Source of the DNA: Octopus sinensis
Lineage: Eukaryota
Direction of reading: 5' to 3'
Length of the DNA: 6,662 nt
Assembly (NCBI RefSeq): GCF_006345805.1
Contig: NW_021829224.1
Location: 1 to 6,662 of the forward strand
Shown here: positions 1 to 6,662 of the stretch, in pieces
How the letters are laid out: every line of letters starts with the position of its first letter
Position numbering within the stretch: the stretch's first letter is position 1
Position numbers and translations under genes: made by a program
The notes under the pieces: model-generated
The model's input: only the letters and a program-made list of their open reading frames with translations
Told to the model about the DNA's origin: nothing
Databases searched by the model: none

Positions 1-92
1 CTGAGAAAGGAAACGTTTCCATGCGTGCCAAAATAATATCCGAAACATCCTTCAAATACAGCCTCACCCCATGGTTTTCTCTGTCTTTACAG

Positions 93-101
93 CACCGGTC
101 G
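93..101 (+). other. Candidate 9-nt microexon (CACCGGTCG)
   Basis: A branch-like CTCAC (63-67), a pyrimidine tract TTTTCTCTGTCTTTAC and AG (91-92) precede 9 nt followed by G|GTAAGA (donor at 102). Splice-signal pattern only. Confidence 0.28.
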
Positions 102-338
102 GTAAGATAAGAAGTTAGGAATCAGATATATGCTCTCATCGATTCTACGAACGAATTTTATTTATTTTACAATATGCAGTCGTGTGCCAGCGCAAGGAAG
201 CATTATTAAATGTTATTAAATTAACGTATTTTCTTTAATTATCAATTTAGGATTTCGGTTTTATGTTGTAAGGAAAGTACTGCCGATAGACTGCGATGCA
301 TTAAGTTTGCTTCCGTAACAATATACACGGTAGAGCAA

Positions 339-535
339 GCCGGCAAGCTGGCAGAAACGTTAGCACGCCGGGCGAAATGCTTAGCGGTGTTTCGTATGTC
401 TTTACGTTCTGAGTTCAAATTCCGCCGAGGTCGACTTTGCATTTCAACCTTTCGGGGTCGATAAACGAAGTGCCATTTGCCTACTGGGGTCGATCTAATC
501 GACCAGACCCCTCCTTCAAAATTTCGCGCCTTTTG
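339..535 (+). mobile_element. tRNA-derived SINE, octopod-type family 1, 3' tail apparently missing
   Basis: The Pol III-type head has an A-box-like TGGCAGAAACG (349-359) and a B-box GTTCAAATTCC (413-423). The body GAGGTCGACTTTGCATTTCAACCTTTCGGGGTCGATAAA...TACTGGGGTCGATCTAATCGAC matches an abundant octopus SINE as I recall it. It is richer in GC and CpG than its flanks. Family assignment is from memory, not a search. Confidence 0.82.
349..423 (+). promoter_or_regulatory. Internal RNA polymerase III type-2 promoter (A and B boxes) of the first SINE
   Basis: A degenerate A-box at 349-359 and GTTCAAATTCC at 413-423, compared with the consensus TRGCNNAGYGG and GTTCRANNCC. Activity is unknown. Confidence 0.6.
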
Positions 536-543
536 ACTGTTGA

Positions 544-888
544 GGCGCAATGGCCCAGTGGTTAGGGCAGCGGACTCGCGTTCGTAGGAATGCGGTTTCG
601 ACTCCCAGACTGGGCGTTGTGAGTGTTTATTGAGCGAAAACCCCTAAAGTTTCACGAGGCTCCGGCAGAGGATAGTGGCAAACCAGTCTTTCTCTCACTG
701 TATCTTCCTGTTTCTGCAGTACCTGTATTTCAAAGTACCAGCCTTGTCACACTCTTTGTCTCGAGAACTACGTCGAGGGTACAGATCTCTGACGGGTGCT
801 CAGCCACTTGCACGTTAATTTCAAGATCAGAATGTTCTGTAGATCGGATCAACTGGGACCCTCGTCGTCGTAACCAACGCTGTGCCAC
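544..888 (+). mobile_element. tRNA(Arg)-like SINE, probably an octopus OR-type family, near full length
   Basis: The head GGCGCAATGGCCCAGTGGTTAGGGCAGCGGACTCGCG...GGTTTCGACTCCC has a consensus A-box (551-561) and a B-box with one extra T (594-606), and resembles tRNA-Arg(UCG). The body and 3' end (...GATCGGATCAACTGGGACCCTCGTCGTCGTAACCAACGCTGTGCCAC) match an abundant octopus SINE as I recall it. The subfamily name is not verified. Confidence 0.88.
551..606 (+). promoter_or_regulatory. Internal RNA polymerase III type-2 promoter (A and B boxes) of the second SINE
   Basis: TGGCCCAGTGG (551-561) is a perfect A-box and GGTTTCGACTCCC (594-606) is B-box-like, with tRNA-like spacing. Confidence 0.72.
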
Positions 889-1399
889 ATACATTTAAAT
901 GATGAACCATGATAGTTAATGATCACGAACTGGGAGGATTATTGAACTTTTGGAACACTGTGGTAGGGCTCTAATTGATATATACTGTCCGGGTGTGAAA
1001 ATTAAATCAGGTGATAAACGGCAGCAGAATAGATACCGCGGGCTTTTCTCACATCGACCTCTAGTAGCTTCTATCTTTATTTTATAGATATGATTAATAA
1101 ATAATATTTATAATTATCAACAATGAAGTTTAGAAAAAAAAAACAATCATATTTATTAATATTAAGGAAGACACGATCCAATGGATCCATAAAAGAGTCA
1201 GTTATTTAGGAAAAAACTGAACATTAATCAAGTAAAAACTAAACTAAAATTATATGAAAGAATCTTTCAAATGTTCATATTCAATTAAGGTTTATTGTAA
1301 CATGTACATAGATGGAGAAACAAACGGAAACGGAGCATTGCACACAAGCACCATAATAAGGAGAGCTTACACACAATCCCATGAAAACGAATTTATATG

Positions 1400-1480
1400 T
1401 AAACACATGTACATATATTATATATATATATATTTATATATTACGTGTGTTTATATATGAATATATAGATGTGTGCATAT
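1400..1480. repeat. Degenerate (TA)n low-complexity tract
   Basis: Interrupted TATA runs read directly from the sequence. Confidence 0.8.
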
Positions 1481-1587
1481 CTATCGATATAAATTGACGT
1501 GAAATATATTAGAAAGAAAAAAAAGATTTCCATTTCATACACAACGTAGGATATAAGATATATCAAACAAGAAAGAAAACAGTAAGG

Positions 1588-1635
1588 TTCTCTTTATTCT
1601 TCACTCTCTCTATTCTTACTTACTTTATTTTTCCT
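1588..1635 (+). repeat. Polypyrimidine (CT-rich) low-complexity tract
   Basis: TTCTCTTTATTCTTCACTCTCTCTATTCTTACTTACTTTATTTTTCCT contains no G and few A. Confidence 0.7.
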
Positions 1636-1774
1636 GAGCATCTCACTCAGGCTTGTTGGTCACTCCTGAATTGTGTATATGTATATTTACACGCATACAT
1701 GTCATTGCTTGCAGTCCTCTGCCTACAGACGCACGCACACAAGCACGCATAAGCCCTCCCATATATATACATAA

Positions 1775-1817
1775 ATATATATAGCCAGATCGATATATAG
1801 GTACATGTGTGCATATA

Positions 1818-1880
<63 letters not shown>

Positions 1881-2001
1881 ATAATAATATATATATATAT
1901 ATTATATATGTGTATAGATATATGTATAAATATATATATCTGCGGTATAAACATAACTATGAACATACATATATACATACATATAAATAAATATAAATAT
2001 T

Positions 2002-2039
<38 letters not shown>

Positions 2040-2145
2040 CATACATGTATATATATATGTATATATATATATATATGCATATACAGGCAGACAGGCAGAC
2101 AGATATATTTATGCATATTTATGCATATATATATACATATATGAG
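1775..2145. repeat. Compound (AT)n/TACA microsatellite block
   Basis: Perfect (AT)28 at 1821-1876 and (AT)15 at 2005-2034, embedded in degenerate TATA/TACA repeats. Confidence 0.97.
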
Positions 2146-2284
2146 GATTAGGCACAAATATATCACAATTTGCAGCTATAATATATTCGTAGGAGATACA
2201 TCGTATTTATTATTACTATATATAAGCTCACGCACCACCACCACACATACAACAACACACAAATACGACACACTTATGCATATC

Positions 2285-2345
2285 CTGTTATATGTAATTT
2301 ATATATATATATATTATATATATAATATAATATATATATATATAT
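2285..2345. repeat. Interrupted (TA)n microsatellite
   Basis: TA runs with single-base interruptions, read directly. Confidence 0.9.
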
Positions 2346-2619
2346 CCTTGTGGTTGTATGATGCATTTATTTATTCATTGTTACATTTTTTCCTATATTT
2401 CAACATGAGCGACTGATATTCTTTCTTCTAGTGCAGATGATAACAGCGTTTGGAATATAACATAATTTATTAAATTTTTTCCATTTCCTTCATTTATACG
2501 TCATCATATGATTTTCATATAGTAGAAATTTTTTATAAATCTCATAAAAATGTAAAACAGAGAGAAAAGAATAAACACCACAAAAATAAATCTGAATATG
2601 TCTTTTGTTGTACTTATAC

Positions 2620-3196
2620 AAATATATACACCCACCCCCTAATGAAATGTCATGTAATATGTATATGTCTGTGTTCGGGTTTATTTATGGGTGTATATAT
2701 AACTACATCTACACACACATATATTTACATACATATGCATTTATACATATGTATATTCATATACATTATTGAATATATACCCATACAACCTCAAAAAAGC
2801 CGCGCACACGCACACACTGGTACACTCATACATTTGTACATATATATTTATACACATATACATATGCAGATTCATATACGTAATTGAATGTAGATCCATA
2901 TACCTCAACCTCCAACGGAAAACACGCACACGCACGCAGGACACATCACATAAACACACACATAAATATATACGTATATTGTGATACGTATATTATTATA
3001 TACATATGTATATATATATATATATTCGTGTATCAAACAATGGGTATAAATAAGAATACATATATACGTTTATATATTTATATGAATATATGTATACCTG
3101 TACATATGTATGTATGTCTGTATGTATATACCATGTATGTATACGTATATATATATGTATACACACATTCACATATATATATATAGAATATATATA

Positions 3197-3237
<41 letters not shown>

Positions 3238-3420
3238 GTGTGTGTGTGTGGTGTGTGTGTGTGTGTACATACTGTGCAATGAGTGTGTGGATGCGCGACT
3301 TGATATGTTTGTATATATGTTCCTGTGTGTGCGCGTATTTCTGTATTTCTGCATGTGTGTGAATAAGTGTATGCGTGTGTGTGTGTTTGTGTATGGTGTG
3401 TATATGCGTGTGTGTTAAGC
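2620..3420. repeat. Long degenerate compound microsatellite (TA/CA, then TA/TG)
   Basis: CA/TA-rich at about 2700-2970, perfect (TA)15 at 3204-3233, then a (TG)n-rich tract at about 3237-3415. Confidence 0.93.
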
Positions 3421-3589
3421 TTTGTACTCATTAATTCATGTTTATTTATCGTGGAATCGTTGCGTCTTTGTAGTGTGGAGGTGCGTATGTTAAACCGCTG
3501 ACATAAAGCTCTGTAATCCAATCTTAAAATATTACTTAATATCCCAATATTCATAATATTAGTGGCGAAAACTTTTCAAAAGAAGAACC

Positions 3590-3594
<5 letters not shown>

Positions 3595-3620
<26 letters not shown>
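3595..3620. repeat. (TA)13 microsatellite
   Basis: Perfect TA run, read directly. Confidence 0.97.
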
Positions 3621-3624
<4 letters not shown>

Positions 3625-3839
3625 CGCCGTAAAAAAAAAGCCTATAAATATATGTAATGTGAAACAAACAAATACATCATCAATAACAACAACAATAACA
3701 ATATCGTTGCGATTTATATTCAGAATAAATTAAGAAAAATGAATTAATACATCTCTTTGATAAAGAGTAGATACGACTACGTTCAACACAAACAATCATT
3801 GCCTCACACTCACATGGACGCTCACATACTTACACCATG

Positions 3840-4010
3840 CCACATATTCATATACATTTTTATACAAAAAGAGCAATGTGTATACGGAGTATAAATATTC
3901 ATTTATGTATGTATATATATATATATATATATGTATACATATATATATACATAGATATAGATATAAATATGCATACATATATATATATAATATATATATG
4001 CATATATATA

Positions 4011-4052
<42 letters not shown>

Positions 4053-4405
4053 TATATATTTATATATGTATATATGCATACATATATACATACATATGCA
4101 TATATTTTTATGTGTATATATATATGTATATAATGCTTATATATATAAATAGGTGGTATATATATGTATACATAGATAAATATATTTAATTTATATATAT
4201 ATATATATATACCTACATCTACTTGTGTATATATGAAGTTATATACGTATATATTCATATGTATATATATGCCTGTGTGTGTATATTAATATATACATTT
4301 AATATATATATCTATATATATATATATATGTATACAAACGCGCAGAAATACACTCACACACACATATATACATATACATACACTCATACATACATACATA
4401 CATGC

Positions 4406-4437
<32 letters not shown>

Positions 4438-4495
4438 TATATAATTCTATATATATATATATACGTATGTATTTATGTATCTATTTATGTATATC
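3840..4495. repeat. Long degenerate (TA)n/TACA/CA microsatellite block
   Basis: Perfect (AT)18 at 4014-4049, many TATATG/TATACA variants, and a CA-rich part at about 4350-4400. Confidence 0.97.
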
Positions 4496-4499
4496 AAAT

Positions 4500-5400
4500 G
4501 ATGCTTATATATTGTACCACGCACACTTGTAAATATATGTTTGCCATCCATACTTACGGTTTGGGGTCTGTATATTCGGTATAGACGTAAAAGTAATAAA
4601 CAATCAAATTGGAGAAATAAATAACACATCAATGTTTCGAACCTGCTTCGTAGATGGTCCTCTATAACTATTTGGAGCACCACCACCCCACGGAAGAATT
4701 TGTTTGGAGCACTGTTTATTTTAAAATATTTCGCCACCCGGCAAGTACAATTATATAAATATAATTAACCTGTAAGACTATATAATCCTGTCGCTTCCCA
4801 TGCAAACCTAACCTGATCACGGATCTGACTTGAACAAGAAAGAGAATCTTAATTACCACATGTGATAGTGAAATCAAAATTTCTTTAACATTGCTGATGG
4901 CTGAACTCGAAAGGAACAGTATAACTGGTACTTGAGTGATGTCCACTGCAAAACTCTCACTTGTATATACAGGTAACAGAAGGAAATGTCAACTTACTGT
5001 GTTGAGGTCAGAACAATTCCTGTATATCTATGATGGATCCACTCGTTGTGGTATCCACTTGTCGGTAATCGTGTGCTATGGACATGAATGGGTCGCTTGA
5101 CGCCTGCTCGTGCTTTGCACACCTTTTGGCCAATGGGGCAAGCTGAGGACATCACTTTGTTCAAGTGCTTGTGGATCATTTACTACGTGTTTTCTTGGGT
5201 GGAGAGTAAAGCTTGGAATGCTTCGTGCAACAACGCCGCAATTACCGCAAAATTTCCTTTTAGAGTAACATCGTTTTTACAGCGTACCTTAATGCTTGCA
5301 CAAATTTGGTCCCGAATTTGCTGAAACCTTGGAACTGAGGACAAGCAGGCCTAGTACCAGGTACTGCGTTTTACTGTCTGTAGAATCTAATGTATGTAGC
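4500..5400. other. Non-repetitive higher-complexity island of unknown identity (exon/UTR or decayed transposon)
   Basis: About 900 bp free of microsatellites and visibly more GC-rich, especially 4980-5400. All six frames contain stops, and I recognise no protein motif. Confidence 0.4.
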
Positions 5401-5409
5401 ATCACCTAC

Positions 5410-5416
5410 GTATATG

Positions 5417-5447
<31 letters not shown>

Positions 5448-5460
5448 TGACACACACACA

Positions 5461-5502
<42 letters not shown>
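5410..5502. repeat. Compound (TA)11-(CA)n microsatellite
   Basis: (TA)11 at 5417-5438, interrupted CA units, then perfect (AC)15 at 5462-5491. Confidence 0.97.
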
Positions 5503-5714
5503 AACTGTGTCCTCCGCGTTGTCGTCGTGGTATAAAAATGTCCCGTACTGTAACTGACTATAGAAAGATTATTTTCACGAAAATATTATATTGTTTTAAT
5601 CAAAATGGAAATATAAATTTCATATTGAAACGCAGTGGGATGTAATAGCATTACCTTGTAAAAATTGATTTGTTTTCGTGGAGCCGTTTGAGAATGCATA
5701 GGGAAGACAAAACT

Positions 5715-5815
5715 TTTTATATATTCATATATATATATATTTAGTGATTGTATGTGTGTTTGTGTATGTGTAAGTGTGTGTGAGAAAGAGATTTGTGTGC
5801 ATGGTTGTGTGTGTG
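5715..5815. repeat. (TA)n followed by degenerate (TG)n tract
   Basis: A TA run at about 5727-5741 followed by interrupted TGTG units to about 5815. Confidence 0.88.
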
Positions 5816-6150
5816 CCATTACTAAACTAAGTTAACCCTCATACATCACACGGATATTTACATTCGTGTTTCTAGAAGTTTCCTTCAACGTCTCACAATT
5901 GATTCAGCTTAGTGTTGATTTCACAATTTTTTTTATAAAACACCCCGAACATTGATGTTTTGTAGTCAGTCCCATTGACAATTCCCAACCAGTAATGGAC
6001 AAATATATGGCATCTTCTCCATAGTATATTTGACGTGAACTCAAACAGAAATTTCCATGTGAAATATCATATATTTATTTATATATATAAGTCGGACAAT
6101 TCAACATATATGCATCCACTGGCCAGGTGTTATTTTGTCATTTTCTTTAG

Positions 6151-6235
6151 ACGTAAATATAACACAATTCTCAGACATTTGGAGGTGAAAATATTACCTA
6201 TTTTCTGACATGTTATCACCAATCAATCCTTTGAC
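6151..6235 (+). other. Candidate 85-nt internal exon (5' UTR/start-codon exon or non-coding)
   Basis: The acceptor TTATTTTGTCATTTTCTTTAG| and the donor C|GTAAGT at 6236 are both near consensus. All three frames contain a stop, and an ATG at 6210 is open to the donor (MLSPINPL). Confidence 0.25.
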
Positions 6236-6309
6236 GTAAGTAAAAACCTTAAACACAAACTAGCAACTTATCAGAGAAAATTTTACTCACGCTGTATATA
6301 TTCATGAAT

Positions 6310-6323
6310 ACAAACACACAAAC

Positions 6324-6361
<38 letters not shown>

Positions 6362-6420
6362 GGGTACACAGGTACACACACATATATGCGCACGCAAGGA
6401 AACAACTAGTCACACGCAAA
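6310..6420. repeat. (CA)n microsatellite with degenerate flanks
   Basis: Perfect (CA)15 at 6329-6358. Confidence 0.96.
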
Positions 6421-6556
6421 TACGGTTAGCAATATATATGGAAAGCAAAATAGGGGAGTTTGTTCATAAATCATTATCCATATTCATAATTATTCGATAA
6501 TACATAATTGTCAATAATTTATTTCTATACGTTGTTGGTTAACACGTGTTGGGCAG

Positions 6557-6581
6557 TATATATACATACACAATATATATA

Positions 6582-6653
<72 letters not shown>

Positions 6654-6662
6654 CATACACGA
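6557..6662. repeat. Interrupted (TA)n microsatellite running to the window end
   Basis: TA runs broken by single extra A residues. Confidence 0.96.

Noticed and set aside
9-20. 12-bp palindrome GGAAACGTTTCC (also GATCCAATGGATC at 1175-1187 and AGTACCAGGTACT at 5353-5365)
   Set aside because: Palindromes with 6-bp arms are expected about once or twice per window of this size by chance.
544-616. Functional tRNA-Arg gene
   Set aside because: The acceptor stem and T-arm do not pair properly and the sequence continues into a SINE body, so it is a SINE head.
242-898. ORFs 242-550 (-) and 623-898 (+)
   Set aside because: They largely overlap the two SINEs, and the peptides have no recognisable features.
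980-1090. GC-richer patch that might be a DNA-transposon fragment
   Set aside because: There are no convincing terminal inverted repeats, target-site duplication or transposase residues, and I cannot assign it without a search.
1254-4444. The many ORFs rich in YI, HT and CV dipeptides in the supplied track (the same applies to 5296-5535 and 5586-5819)
   Set aside because: They are translations of (TA)n, (CA)n and (TG)n repeats, which lack stop codons in their frames. There is no evidence of coding function.
4558-4567. Minus-strand 10-nt microexon (TACAG|ACCCCAAACC|GTAAGT)
   Set aside because: It would shift the frame, the bases immediately before the AG are purine-rich, and GTAAGT hits are expected by chance in this window.
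4636-4710. Minus-strand peptide WGGGAPNSYRGPSTKQVRNI resembling an M14 carboxypeptidase segment
   Set aside because: The similarity is short and gapped, the frame is bounded by stops, and no other family motifs are nearby.
5225-5250. Minus-strand VIAALLHE resembling the HD-domain motif IAALLHD
   Set aside because: The essential Asp is absent and the rest of an HD domain is not present.
4812-5320. Peptide QIRDQ encoded twice on the minus strand (near 5310 and 4820) with different codons
   Set aside because: The two copies are in different frames and their flanks do not align. A 5-residue match across six frames is plausible by chance.
5832-5839. TTAACCCT, a piggyBac-like terminus
   Set aside because: No matching AGGGTTAA or terminal inverted repeat was found in the window.
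6210-6235. MLSPINPL resembling the LSPFNP motif of voltage-gated sodium channels
   Set aside because: The upstream residues do not match the channel context, there is an in-frame stop 7 codons upstream, and the match is too short.
1-6662. Prokaryotic-type systems (CRISPR array, operon, rRNA)
   Set aside because: There is no repeat-spacer array, no gene-dense organisation and no rRNA-like sequence. The window is eukaryotic non-coding DNA.

Overview
AT-rich eukaryotic non-coding DNA (intronic or intergenic). It is most likely from an octopus or related cephalopod, judged from my recollection of two octopod SINE families and from the extreme density of (TA)n/(CA)n simple repeats; I could not run a database search. 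The firmly supported features are two different tRNA-derived SINEs lying head-to-tail on the + strand (about 339-535 and 544-888) and about ten microsatellite or low-complexity blocks covering roughly a third of the window (estimated by eye). Most ORFs in the supplied track are translation artefacts of these repeats (YIYI, HTHT, CVCV) or of the SINEs. I recognise no protein-coding gene. Weaker leads are a candidate 9-nt microexon (93-101), a candidate 85-nt + strand exon (6151-6235), and an unidentified higher-complexity island (about 4500-5400) with several minus-strand splice and ORF signals. I see no convincing evidence of a novel multi-gene system.
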